64,000 nt of DNA from Dicyema japonicum. Taxonomy: Eukaryota > Animalia > Dicyemida. The position numbers and the translations under genes were made by a program. Below the pieces are notes generated by a model. It searched no databases. It was not told where the DNA came from and was given only the letters and a program-made list of their open reading frames with translations. Of the stretch, positions 12,431 to 25,149 are shown one piece after another. Numbering within the stretch: position 1 is the first letter of the stretch; each line of letters opens with the position of its first letter. The DNA lies in the NCBI GenBank assembly GCA_011109175.1, contig RDEW01000001.1, positions 214,594 to 278,593 on the forward strand, written 5' to 3'.

Positions 12431-13398
12431 ATGGCGGATATAATAAAATACAACCATCTTAGGAAAAATGATTATATTTTATTGTTTTTTCCAATTATTT
12501 GGATTATAATCAGAATTAGGATGATTTATTATCTCAAGGTTGGTCCCCTAATCATTTAGTCGTTTCTGATTCGACAGTTTCCGTTGATAACACCAATTGC
12601 CGCCGGAAGAATTGCCCAGAACATCGTCCAGTCAACTGCTTACCTGGTCCTTTTCATTTGCTCCTCCTACAGCGTCCTTGTGCTCCGCCGTTACTACTTT
12701 ACTAACCCAGTTATGTGTTTAAAGGGTCTATTCACTGATCACGGTAGAATATAGCATCAATGACGTCATTCCCGGTGATATCTACCTCAATTACGTCGTC
12801 CAGCTGTCCGTTAGCATATGGGGAGGTTACATGACGTTGTATGTGGACGATAGGAGGTCCGACTTTCACCTTCTTGTACTCCACCACATTGTGACGATTT
12901 TCCTTTTGGGTTTATCGTATACTATAGGGTATTTGAGGGGGTTTATACAGGTTTTACCGCATCGGAGTACTCGTCATTTTCCTCCACGACTTCATGGACG
13001 TCATCTTGGGCCTTGCAAAGGTTTTCCTGTACTTGAGTGAGTTCTACTATAAAAGAGCTTTTGTTTTTGCTGCTCAAATCATGTTTTTTATGTTCAGTGT
13101 CTTATGGTTATTCTCCAGTTTCATGTTAGGTTTATTTTTCGTCTTTACTGGTACCCCATGAAGGTCCTTTACGCCGTTTCCATGGCTGCAGCAGTGTTCC
13201 CGTCTTTTACATTGTCATCTTATTCAGTTTTTAATGGACTTTTGATGATGCTTTACTTTACTCACATTATTTGGTTTGCGGTAACTCGATTCCTGAGTTT
13301 AGATGATTGTCAAAGCCATCATTAGACAAGTTGGTGGTTCTATTGAGGACTTGCGCGAATCAGATATTGTGGAGGATCGGAAAAATAAACGGGAATAA
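12431..13398 (+). CDS. Ceramide synthase (TLC/LAG1 domain, CerS1-like), about 285 aa, 6 exons
   Basis: Removing five GT-AG introns (21, 22, 22, 23, 22 nt) gives a continuous ORF with RRSDFHLLVLHHIVT, FLHDFMD and FRLYWYPMKVLY. Confidence 0.92.
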
Positions 13399-14559
13399 CT
13401 ATTTTGCTAATTTTTCATAAACGTGGGGTGTTTAGTGTTTGCATTTGATGTTGATTACTGAAGATGAGGTGACTCCACTCGTCTCGACAACAATGAGCTG
13501 AACATGGAATTCTTGTGGAGAGACTGTCGTATTTTTTTTATTTTGAAAGTATTATATTTCGCGAGGATTGGCTTTCCATGTTTGATTATCAAACTTTAAC
13601 AATGTTTGTTGCTGACTCAACTATAAAATGTTGGCCAGAGCATACTGGTTTACTTAATTTAGCAGTCATGTATGATCATTATTAGTCGATTCATACGTTT
13701 AAGCTTTATACTTTACATTTTATCCAGCAAGAGTCACTTCCATGTCTGGGAAATCAATTTTGTAGATGGTTTCTCCTTTCCAACCTTACTATGACAGTCA
13801 CTCACTCAGTGTAGTTCTCAGCAATAACTGAATCCCTTGAAGAAAAAATTAAGCAACATTAAAGGGATAGTTCGTTTTCAGGCCCGTCTCAGCCGAAACC
13901 TCGATGATTCTTGGATACAAGTCGCCTTCTTTCCTATGATAGCCGAGAAGATGAATGGCTGATTGAGCGCATTTCCATGCGAATTGTAAGAGGGAATATG
14001 CTACCAATCACGAGAACTGCATACTAATTTATAACACTTTGACGTTTAATGAAATTACTACTGCACTGAGCAAACACAAACATTATCTAAAAACTTATAA
14101 ATTTCAAATTCAATAATTACATCACAAATTATGAAGATTACATAACTTTACTATAAAATACAATACGCTGATAAATTCCCGATGGCTTCAAGCAATCAGA
14201 GAAATCAATCTAAAAGAAACAACCAACTTTATAGATTACCATGCATGCCTCTACCCCACGGTTGCTCTGTTAAGGTAACAAAGATATAAGTCGGATCAAT
14301 ACTGAAATCCCAAATTTGCAGTTTTTCCATTAATGGATATATCGCCTAGTCACTTTGATAATCCAAATTTTCTAAGGGTCACGCCTGAGCCTGGTTAAGT
14401 TTGTAAATTTAATTTCATAGAAGAAGAGTTCCTAGAAAATGGTCCGAGACCTTTGGGTATTCCAATCATGCTAGAATTTAGTGATCAAATTTAGGAAATT
14501 TGTTCTATACCCAACCTTCCCTCACACAGTGTCTGGTAGCCACATATATTTATTGCAGA

Positions 14560-16058
14560 AAATATTATAGTCGATAGATTTGTTGGCCACGTGGAATTTC
14601 GAGAGAATAAATATTATCTGAGTAATTTTTGAATTTACTTAGCCGTCATTCACGACTATTTTCACGACATTTTCTACAAATGGGAAAATAACGGTAAAGG
14701 ATATCCCTACTTTTAGGGTTTTCTCAGAACTGTCCAAAAGTGACCCTTATTATGCCAAGATAGAAAACTCCTTGACATTCATTTGTAAAATGCTGATAAA
14801 ATCCAGACCACGTCATAGTCTTCCCGTCATACGAGGAGAAACAAAGATACAGCGAAACGGTTTACGTGTACAACGAGGAGTATAACCCCCAAGAAATAAA
14901 CTACGGTGCTGATTGGGAATTCGGGACAGTTCCGTTTGTTGAACAGAACAATTCTCTGTTTTTTGTCAGAAAAAATGACATGATTGGTTCGGTTGTGTTT
15001 TATATAGAAATTTCGTCATTTTACGAACGGATTCTGAGATGTAACAGCCTAAAAAAGAAGTACTACGTGAGACAGTGTCCCTCAGACAAAGTTGGGTTCC
15101 ACATTGATTCTGAACGAATATACAAGGACCTGTTTGCTGAGAACATTCAAATTGTGAAGAATCCGATAATTGAAGCCAAAGATATCATTTTCCTGTTCAA
15201 ACTGAAACATCACCCAAATTTGACTTTCTCTAATAAATACAAACAGGTTTATCCAGAATTCAGGGACAACCCATTTGCCCTATCCTATTTATCCGACAAT
15301 AAACTTAGTCCATTCCCTCTGATTTACCTTTTTACCACATTTTTCGAACATGCAACGGTCCTCTCAAACGGCATTCCATAAAGAGTCTATTCATGTTATC
15401 TCACGGTCGAATACAACCACATAATGAACCAATACACCGTGACTTTACACAACCACATTTTGGGCTGCAACATAACCAAGAATTAATGAGTCAGTTTCAG
15501 GAAGCAATGCGGTCGTTCTCTTCATATCTTCCCACGGGACTTTTGCTTAATCTATACCAATATCCATTATTCACCCACACAGGAACAATATATACAGAAA
15601 AATACAACAACACCATTTATGTGGAACTACATGACTTTTTTCAAGACTATATGGAGTCGGCAAAAATTCAGTGTTGTGTTACTTTATTTCCCGTGATTGT
15701 GTGCATTCATGATGACATGTATGTCCCTGATTTTGGGGGAGGTAACATTCCCGGATTTTATGTAAAATTTGACGATGAAAATATGGTCGGCTATTATATG
15801 GATTGTTATGAAAATTTGGATTATTTGGTGGCCTATAACTTGACAAAAATCCCAGGATATGATAAAGAGAACACGCAGTATCCTGCAGTCGAGTACCAAC
15901 CATTGGGAAATGCTGACATTACATGGGGTTATGTCCCCACTTTTCTGCACAGATTCAAACAGCTGCTATCACCCCAAGTCTTTCCATACTACCCTTTCCC
16001 AAATTTTCATAAATATATTAAAGTTTACTTAGAAAGCAACAGAGGTTACTATTATTAG
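14560..16058 (+). CDS. Spliced gene of unknown function (Tyr/Phe-rich); ends uncertain
   Basis: Candidate introns at 14622-14642 (21 nt), 14785-14806 (22 nt) and 15358-15383 (26 nt). The last two join the reading frames of ORFs 14866-15381 and 15393-16058 and an upstream exon. Confidence 0.6.
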
Positions 16059-16138
16059 CTAATTGAAGGATATGCCAGATCAGCACGACAGGTAAATCAC
16101 ACAGGTAAATCCACGTTTGCCCCCAAACATGCGCTTAC

Positions 16139-16925
16139 AATGGAAGAACCTCTATCTGTTGTTGAACTTGATGCTTCAATTGAGAAATCTGAATCTGGTC
16201 TCCAACATGAGGTTATGGAAAAGAGAAGTCAATCGAACATGCCGCCACCATAGAAGAAGGTGAGTCAATCATCGAACATGAAGCTACCATGGGAGACAAA
16301 TCCGTGATTGAACATGATGTTACCATGGAAGGAGATGAGGTCACAAAGGAAGAAACCGACCATGTCGCTGAAGACGAGGTTACAGGGAATATATTGAAGT
16401 CAATATCTGGTGAGTTGGCGCATAAAGGTAAACTTGGGAGGAGAATGAAAAATTACAAGTCAACGAAAGAACTCGCAGAAATATTAGAAATATTTAAACC
16501 TGAAGAAAATGAAGATAGTTTAATATTTATTAAATTAAGAAAATACATTTTTCTACAATATACAATATTTGGTGACAAAACAACGCGAACGTGACAAACA
16601 AGAAGAAAAGGAGAAAATGAAACTCAAGGCAAAAAAGGCTAAAGCAAGTGGACGCCAAAGATCACCAGAAATCCAAACATTATCACAACCCCGAATAGCA
16701 AAAAATAGCAATGAAAACAGGGAAATAAAGCAACAAGAAAGCGTACAAACTACAGAAACTCCAACATCACAGCAACCCCGAATAGCAGAAAATAGCAATG
16801 AAGACAGGGAAATAATCCCACAAGACAGCGCCCACTACAGAAACCACAAAATTCGGTACCCCTATATGGTTCAGCCCAGAAATCGTAACCATTCCAAAAT
16901 CCTCAGAGAAACGAATAATTTATAG
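16139..16925 (+). CDS. Acidic, low-complexity repetitive coding region (possible C-terminus of the preceding gene)
   Basis: Degenerate 12-13 aa IEHxxTxE repeats, and two QPRIAxNSNExREI copies 87 nt apart. Frame joins are unresolved. Confidence 0.4.
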
Positions 16926-17335
16926 TAACAGGTCAATATATTGGTAGAACGGGAAAGCATAGAGGATGACATAACATTCATGAGGGACTACAATAAAATA
17001 CTAAAAAAGAACAGGAAAAGTAATAATAAAGCTAATTACTTCTAGATAGGAAAATTATCGATAATCCATTGAATAATTGTATCGATTATTTATTATTCAG
17101 ACATTTCAGGGGACACACCTAAGAAATATAATAAGAAAATTACCACCAGTTGATTTTTGTTTACATTGCAGCTCACCGGGAGGAAGTTATCTACCCGAGT
17201 TATATTCAGGATACGGCAATTGAGACAGAAAGTGAGTGTTTACTGTTGATGTAGAAAATGCAAAATTTGTAACGCAGCAAGTTTCCGGGATCGGTGATCT
17301 CAATTTGAGTTCCGGAGATAAGTTAAAACTGAGAG

Positions 17336-18415
17336 ATGGTTGTGGTTATTGTTATTTCAGTAATGATGAGTGTCACGAGAAACTATAATCAAAATATGGA
17401 GGATTTCTTTGGGAGGATGAAACTAGGATTAATCCCCGAAGATGAAGAACCCCCCGCGCATAAACATAAGGAAACCAAGAAAATCGAAGTAGTACGACGT
17501 GAAGAATCCCAAAATGAGGAGAATGTTCGTAATTCGAGGGAGGTGTCGAAAGGACTGGACATTGCAACTGAAAAAAATGAGAATGAAATTCAAAAACCTG
17601 TAGAGGAGACTAAAATCGTACCAACTGAAAAGGAACCCCCAAAATTTGAACAATCATTGAAGGGAGAGACTCGAAAACAAATTGATGAACCAAAAGTCGT
17701 TGAATCACCACAAACAAGGGAGACACCAAAGAAGGAACTGAAAGTCTCCAAAAGAGAGAAATCTCAACAATCGGCGACTGCTACGGAAGAAAGTATACGT
17801 TGGAATAATTTTAGAGCCCAATGTATTCCCATTGCCGAGTGCACGTGGTATTGTATTTGAATTTAATAAAGAAACGGAAAATTTGCAGAAAAAGCTAGAA
17901 AGTGAAATAATGACTGCCGTGGAATTTGTGAAGAAGCAGGTTCCAAATAACACGATCCACGAAATTCTGACTTGTGAGGAGACTTCAACAGACACTAAAG
18001 ATGACAGTCTAATGTACGACCGTGGGAGATCGAAGGTTCTCAAATCTGTGAGTCAGGTGGGGAGAATACCTGGTGAGTCCTTATTATTACCAAGATAATC
18101 CGCCGACGGTTCAAATCACCAGATCCGAAACCAAAGAAGAAATTGACCAGCGAAAATTAGAGGAATTACAATCACAACTGAAAAATGAAATATTAGATTC
18201 AATCGAACTAATTTATCAGAACACACCCAAGGACATCATAAAAGAGATCCTTACTGGTCAGGGAGAGGATATTCCGAGTGAGTCACCTCCCGAGTTCCCT
18301 AAAAGACAGCCTCGCTCTATTAAAGATACTGCAGAGTCTCCAATTGAAAGTACTAGAGAATACTGAATGAGCAGTTGTCAATCTAGTACCATCGGAGAGA
18401 CACTCTACAAGGTGA
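17336..18415 (+). CDS. Glu/Lys-rich protein with a hydrophobic N-terminal segment, unknown function
   Basis: Three 22-nt GT-AG introns (17793-17814, 18073-18094, 18350-18371) join three ORFs in frame. Internal duplication ending HEILT / KEILT. Confidence 0.65.
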
Positions 18416-18844
18416 TTAAAAAACCAAAAGAAAAACGGAACAAGGAAAACTGAGTTTATTCTTCCAAGAAAGTGAAGTATTTTAATAATATTTACTCAAG
18501 ACTGAGGACCAACTGTCAACTGGCACAGTGGAGACTGGTTGTTTTTGTTAGCATATTAAAGATGAATTCACCAATGAAAGTACGGACAGCAGTGCAGATA
18601 ATTTTTTCTGTTACGATAGTATTTGTATTAAAAATTGGTAGAGAAATTACTTGAGGACATTTATCCAATGGAATACGTCGACAAATGTAGAGTTTGTTGT
18701 TGTACTGTGTAGTGAGGAAGAAGGTTTATGAAAGAGAGTTTGAGAGGAGTTTTGATGAAAGTTAATTAATTTAATAAAGATTTATCGATTTACTGTTTAA
18801 ATGGTCAATTATAAGAATATAAATGATTAGTGGACGTTGTTGAA

Positions 18845-19338
18845 ATGGGTAATCGACTCTCAAAGGATCAGTTAACAGCCAACCAAGTTAAAGTGGATGG
18901 ATTACTCAATTTTAGATTATTGAATTGACTTGGGATGTCTTTTCTCAAGATTTGTTACATTTTGGTCAGCTTGTGTTCTTGGAGTTGTTCAAGAGGAATC
19001 CCCAATATAAAAGATTTTTCAAGTTGGGGGGAAATGATGAGGATATTTTTAGAAATTATTTATTTATTGCTCATTCCAAGCGTGTTTCCATAAGTCTTAA
19101 TATGATAATCATTAATATAAGGGATTTTGAGACTATGAGGACACTTCTTGTTAATTGGGGGGCTAAACACAAAAATATAGAAGGGTTTAAGACTGAATGT
19201 TTCATATCCCTAAAGAATGTCATCAATGGTGTTATTTCAGATAAATTGGGGGACAATTATAACGAAAAAATCAGAGAAGCATGGAATATTTTTTTGTCTA
19301 AAGTTTTTGATGCTCTCAAAGAGGGATTTCTTAGATAA
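18845..19338 (+). CDS. Single-domain globin, 156 aa, with a predicted N-myristoylation motif
   Basis: One 23-nt intron (18893-18915). Starts MGNRLS and has A12 Trp, CD1 Phe (KRFF), E7 His (AHSKRV) and F8 His (GAKH). Confidence 0.92.
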
Positions 19339-20199
19339 TCGATTCTAAATATTTGTATTGTCGCTTAATAAATATATTCAGCGTAGTTTTTATTAAACCT
19401 CTGGTATAAAGAGTTAAGCTTAGTTCCTGGGACCTTATAGAAATGTTCTGTTAAACACACAACAGGAGGAATGACGGAAAAACGTTTAATTCTTGCAGTC
19501 ATTGGAAACTTTACAGGGAAGGATCTAATTGAGTGGAAAAGAACAAATGATTATTTTTTTGATGGCATCATGGACGCCAGCTAAGATCACATGGTGTCGC
19601 TTTGATAGAACGATCTTGTTAATCACCGAACTTTGTGTCTCGAAGAGATATAATTTATGAAACACTAGCAGCGCAGGATGGTACGTTCACAGATAGCCAT
19701 ACTTTTAACTTGGGAATGTTAAAATATTTACGATTTATATGTAGTCTCTAAATTAAACATCCAGAAAAAATGTTTAAAATATTTACGATTTATATGTAAA
19801 TTTAAAGTTCAAAAATATCATCAGAGAATAGCTGAACATAATCAATGAATTTAAGGGTCGATTTTTCTAGAAATGGTTTAGCCATCGAGAGAGAAGTTGT
19901 TGATCATAGAGACCTTATCCGCAAAGAAGTGGCCGGTATACTGGTCGTCAAAAAGGCATGACAGGAATAGTGGAGAGGACGAATGTCCGATTCTTTTCAG
20001 ATTGGGAAAACTTGGAGACTTTAATTATGCTAACCACAGTATAAAATGACCAGAATTTATTTTACCACCCATTGATTAGTTAATACTCGAACAATGCTGT
20101 TTCCCGATCTATTTTAACACTATTTTTCTCTTTTTTAAATTCATACAATAAACAAAAGATAACCACAGAACAACCCGTGAAAAAAATTAAAATTAAATA

Positions 20200-20530
20200 T
20201 TAAAAATTAAGTAATATTGATCTACTTAGTTCAGTAGGTCTTTCCCTCCTCTTATTGCAATAAACAATGACAATGATAATCATAGTAATAAATATGATTG
20301 AAGTAATACTGACGATTATCACTGTTCGATTATGTGATTTACTTTTAATTGGAGTATTGTTTCTATAAATTGTCTTATATGTCGAATTAAAACAAATTGC
20401 TCTAAAATAAATAAGTAAAATAACTATAATCAACTAATAGTTTCTCCATCATTGTTTATACTCATCTTTAAATAAGAAATATTGAGAAACATCGGAAGAA
20501 AATTTTTTTAAAATAATTTGACAAAAACAA
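20200..20530 (-). pseudogene. LAMP-like membrane protein family, copy 1 (3' part only)
   Basis: Stalk, TM helix and tail KRRERPTELSRSILLNF. Nucleotide similarity to 22924-23360. Confidence 0.65.
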
Positions 20531-20559
20531 TAAGTGTGAAGTAACCAATTTCGGATTTC

Positions 20560-20880
20560 CACAGTCTGGATGGGATCTGATCCTTGATATGTTCAGAGAG
20601 ATCATTCCGAAAGCCACAGAAACCAAATCAGAACAACTGAGAATACTTGGGTGCCCTCTTATGATGCTGGAATCAGTAACACTCTAAGAACAAAAGAACA
20701 TCAACTAAAAACAACATTCAGACGTCTGGAGATGCTGGACGCACACATCTCCCTATACCTCCTGAGGAACCGCCTTATCAGCACAGAAACTGAACTACGT
20801 TCTTCGGGAAGCACCCTGCTACTTGAAAATGCAACAGCTCGATGCTATCGATTCCTTCTTCCGGAGTACTATTGAACGTA
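20560..20880 (+). mobile_element. CRE-like non-LTR RT fragment
   Basis: YLGA...LRTKEHQLKTTFRRLEMLDAHISLYLLRN. Confidence 0.55.
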
Positions 20881-20899
20881 TCACAAAAGCATATTTGCT

Positions 20900-21490
20900 T
20901 TTTAAAATAATAAAATTATCAAATAAAAGTAACATTTTTGCTTATCATATGAATTACTTGACCCTGGCGGTAACATTTGCACGGGACTGTATAAGGACTT
21001 TTCGGCTATTTCCAACGACAAATAAAATTTCTTGGAAATTTGTTTATATTCCAATAGTGTCTCAATTGTGCTCTCACAGTTTCTTTCTTTCAGGTACAAT
21101 ATTGAGAGTTTTCACTGTGTAGTGAAATTTATTTAGATAGCGGTTGATGGTGCTTATACTTAAGGATATTTCCATCTCCTCGCACAGTTTTATTTTCAAC
21201 GCTCCAAATATCATTATTGCATCTTCATCAACCCTTTCTGGTCAGCATCAAGATTGATCTATGATCCCCGTCACGCTCGCCACATTTGGTCTTTCCATCC
21301 TTCAGATATGAAGAAACAATTTTACATACAGTTGTACGAGGAAGACCCATAACTCGGGAGATCTCAGATTTTCCAAGATTATTCTTAACGTGGTTAATAC
21401 CGAGCTCTCTGATATCATTTGAGATTTTACGCCTTTCCTGGCTATTGTTTGATGCTGCAATTCGACTAAATACTAAAAAATCGTTTTTAT
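20900..21490 (-). mobile_element. IS630/Tc1-like transposase, N-terminal remnant
   Basis: HTH (SEISRVMGLPRTTVCKIV) followed by LSISTINRYLNKFHYTVKTLNIVPERRN. Confidence 0.65.
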
Positions 21491-21960
21491 GGTGGTCCAC
21501 TATCGTATTGATTCTTCCCTCTCATGTGGACCTGATTCTATCCCTTGTATCTTACTAAAAACCTTGAACCTACTGCGATTGATCCAATCACCAGTGATTT
21601 TCAATTATTCAATAAACATGAACACAATCGTAAGTATCTGGAAATTGTCCTATATACGCCCAATCCTTAAGCCTGGAAGCCTAAGGACATTCCTGCATTA
21701 TTTCGACCAATTTCTTTACTATGAACCTTAACAAAATTATTGGAAAAACTGATTCTTAATATTATAACCCTTTTCCTTCTTTTTTCATCCTCACAACATG
21801 TATTCAGAAGTGGTTATTCAACTTCTACCACCTAACTGCCTTCAACCAATTTATCCTTGAAGGCATTAACTCAAATCCTCGCCACCTAAACAGTCGTTTG
21901 CTCGATCGATTTGCATAAGGTCTCACAAGGTTCCGCTTTATTACCCGTCTTAATTAACTC
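21490..21960 (+). mobile_element. APE-type LINE RT N-terminal fragment
   Basis: GPDSIPCILLK...WKLSYIRPILKPG. Confidence 0.65.
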
Positions 21961-22266
21961 ATACAATACACAGCCACGATGTGAGAATGGTATACATCAC
22001 CACTCTCCAATTCCGAATTCCGAACCACCCCCACAGAGAAGTTGTGTTGGATCCAAGAAGGCGAGTTGAAAATGAGAATTCTGATAGAGGCCTTGGAGAT
22101 CACTTAATTAATTTAGTAATTAAATTAACTATTGGTTGTTCTTAGGTTAATAATAAAATGATAATTTTTAAGTGCTATTTTAAATTTTAACTGCTATTAA
22201 AATTTGCCCTACTGAAGAAATAAAAGAAAGACACTTCAGAAACGCTGTTGGTTCACTGGCGGAGCA

Positions 22267-22345
22267 TTCGAAGAGAATTCGAGAGATGTTGGAGTCTGGG
22301 ATCACTTAATTTAGCGAGTTAATTCTTTCTTTCTTAGTGGTCTTG
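22267..22345 (+). repeat. Dispersed ~80-bp repeat, inverted copy at 41478-41555
   Basis: Shared TTCGAAGAGAATT...GGGATCACTTAAT...CTTTCTTTCTT.GTGGTCTTG. Probably a LINE 3' end. Confidence 0.75.
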
Positions 22346-22579
22346 GGGTTTTAAAATAAATTAATTTTTTTGTTTAATCTGGATTATTCTTGAGTTTTAA
22401 GGAATGAGTAATCAAGCACTAAGCTACCTAAGACGTGTTAAATCTGGAAAGTGAATAAGAAACATTGGAATTTCAGATAATTTTTTTCATAAAGTGTATT
22501 GAGGAAGTAAATTTATGTGAATTCTAATATTGATTTATTCAGGTCAACACTAAATATGTAAGCAATTACTGTCAAACAG

Positions 22580-22815
22580 TAATTTTAACTAATCGTAGAA
22601 CCAAGGAATGATCTTCACTTCTATTTTTTTTCTTGTGTGTGGGTCCTTTTTTTGACAATCCAGTTCCGCAGTGAGAGTCCACTGATGACGGCGTCACTTG
22701 TCAAGCCTTTTTAGCATCGTAAATGCGTGGAACCTTCACCAGGTAAACAGCAGCGAGAATCGAACCCGTAATTTAAGTCACTTTAGCCCGACACCTAACC
22801 ACTATGCACCCGGCT
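22580..22815 (-). mobile_element. tRNA-derived SINE-like element
   Basis: Head has A-box-like TAGTGGTTAGG and B-box GGTTCGATTC with no acceptor-stem pairing. The ~67-bp tail recurs at 47811-47877. Confidence 0.65.
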
Positions 22816-22923
22816 ATAGAGAAAATATATTTTTTTCCAAATTTCATTTATCATTTAAATATAATTTCATACTATATAAAATATCTGCACAACAACGCCA
22901 GAAAAAGTGTAAAAATGAAAATA

Positions 22924-23848
22924 TTAAAAATTAAATAATATTGATCTAAGTTCGATAGGTCTGTCTCTCCTCTTCTTGTAATAAACAGTGGCAATGATTA
23001 TAATAATATTATAATAATACTGACGATTATCACTGTTCGATTATGTGATTTACTTTTAGTTGGAGTATTTATTATTTGGAATTATCATTTTTGAGTTGAC
23101 ACAGTTATAATATTAGTTTGTTTAATATTTGGAGTTATCACTAACTGAGTTGACTCAGTTTTAATTTTAGTTTGTTTAATAGTAGGAAAGAGTTTTTTAC
23201 TAGTGGAATTTATGCAAAATTGCCCTAAAATATATAAATAAAAAACCAAGTGAGCTAAATTTGATATTTCTTTCATTATTTATTATTTTGGTTGTTAAAC
23301 AAGAAATATTGAGAAAAACATGTGAAGAAAATTTTTTAAAAATAATTTGACAAGTATAATCCTCAATATAATCAATCAATTGTCCATCAATTGTAATCGT
23401 ATAATTATTATTATCTAAGAATGAATAATTATAATTACAAATAGAAAGTTCTATCTTTCCAAGGTAATATTGGCTATCAGGCTCTAAGGGAAACGTAAAA
23501 TATAAATCAATATCTTGCGCTGATAAAATTAGAACAATTTTGTCTTTTAATGAGATTTTATATAAATTGGAATTTTCCTTATTAAACATAAACTTCATAT
23601 TCTAATATTAGTGGAAAATTACAAACTTTATAATCCTTCATAAATGTTACTGATATATTGGCAGTTAAAAGTGCTTTGTTTTGTACACTCCAAGTAATTG
23701 GTTTTATAAATTTTGAATATGTTGAATGACATACAAATGAATAATGGCTTGAATGATTTATGTTTAAATCAGTATAAACCATTTGATATAGAATTACAGG
23801 ACTTGTTAAAATAATTAATAATTCATGTGCACATAGGAATAGGGTCAT
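22924..23848 (-). CDS. LAMP-like membrane protein family, copy 2 (most complete)
   Basis: Signal-like N-terminus, two short introns, LAMP-like domain (ANISVTF..KNMKFMF, LYFTF..YYLGKI, YTC, FSS..C), Thr-rich stalk, TM and basic tail. TGA TAA at about 23082-23087 lies before the TM, caused by two compensating 1-nt indels. Confidence 0.65.
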
Positions 23849-25149
23849 TTATAGGTTATTATTTATTTAGATTATTTTATTAAAATTATAATTTAAATTA
23901 TATTAATTTAATAATTTCATTAAATCCCGTTGTTCAACAACTGGAAATTATTCGAAGCTACCTTGTAAACTGCAAAAATGCAGATGGGCCTACTTTAAGA
24001 CTTTCCTTTAATAAACGTTTTTGTAGTGTTGTTAAACATGTTGTAAGAAAGATCCTACACAGAAGATTACTAAAAGCAAAAAAAGCCGTGTCTGATTGAA
24101 CTGTGTAAGAGTTTTTGAAAGAATAGTGTTGAGAACATTAAAAATTCTTTTCTGGGACGGCTACCCAACAAGTTGATATAACTGGTAAAGTTAAAATACC
24201 GACTTGAAGGGAATCGAAATACCACTATAAAGATAAACGGAATGTATTAACAGCTGAACTTTCGCCACCTACAAGAGCATGGAAATTATTAATTTGCAAA
24301 TCAATTATATATCTCTGAAGAGCGTCAGAGTGACTGGAAAGGTCGCAGGAAGAAATTAATTTGTCTTGTCCTTTCGGGAAGAGAAATCATAAAGTTATCA
24401 AAATACAAAAGAGACATTCAGAAATTGTGAGTCTTCCTTTAAGTCGTTTTCTTTTAAAATAATGTTTATTAGTACTTATTTCTGACTGCATTTAAATTTA
24501 CTATTATTTCACGATTTATTAACTTTAGTTTTAACTCTTACTACCAAAATTAATATTTGTTTTATTTTGGCCAGTTGAAGTATTTTGTTAGTCGTCAAAA
24601 GTTGATGTGGAAACGTACCTCCGATATTTTAATTTCTTCAAAATTGATGGAACTTATCGTTGCTATTCTTCTCATATGCATAACAGAAATTATAAATTTT
24701 GTGAGTCATTAGATATACAAAGTTTGTAATGCAAAATGTCAAATACACTCTTGGTTAGAATATCGTCTAGTAAGATTAAATTTACTTGTCACAAATTGAA
24801 TTAATTTAATTAAACATCCAAGAGTAACTTTAATCATGTCTGTTGTTTTACAAAATAAGCATAAAAAAGAGTTAAAATCTACTGATGAACTCACTCATTT
24901 AGAGTTAACAATCAAGGTGTGTAAACAGGTTGATATTATTAAAATGAACAATTCCAAAACCTGAATATTCCGGGTTGGAATCTTGTTCTGTCAATTCCCG
25001 TTTAAGATTCCTTGCATCTAGATGCTTATGGGATTGATAAGTGACACCGTCATCAACGATTTGAAAATTAAAAAACCTTTTATTTATCCTTCCACTTGTC
25101 GTACGTGAATTGCTTATTAGCACTGTATTTCTTCCTTTAAGCCTTTTCC

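Noticed and set aside
13940-14030. Chromodomain-like remnant (REDEWLIERI..RIVRG)
   Set aside because: Only the first strand of the motif matches; there is no VKW or WEP segment.
14866-16058. Intronless viral (capsid-like) genes
   Set aside because: Host-type tiny introns join the ORFs, and no viral hallmark gene or terminal repeat lies nearby.
19460-20050. LTR retrotransposon gag remnant
   Set aside because: The resemblance (FTGKDLIEW...YF) is too weak, and no LTR or primer-binding site was found.
22750-22815. Functional tRNA gene
   Set aside because: A and B boxes are present, but the acceptor and anticodon stems do not pair. Better explained as a SINE head.
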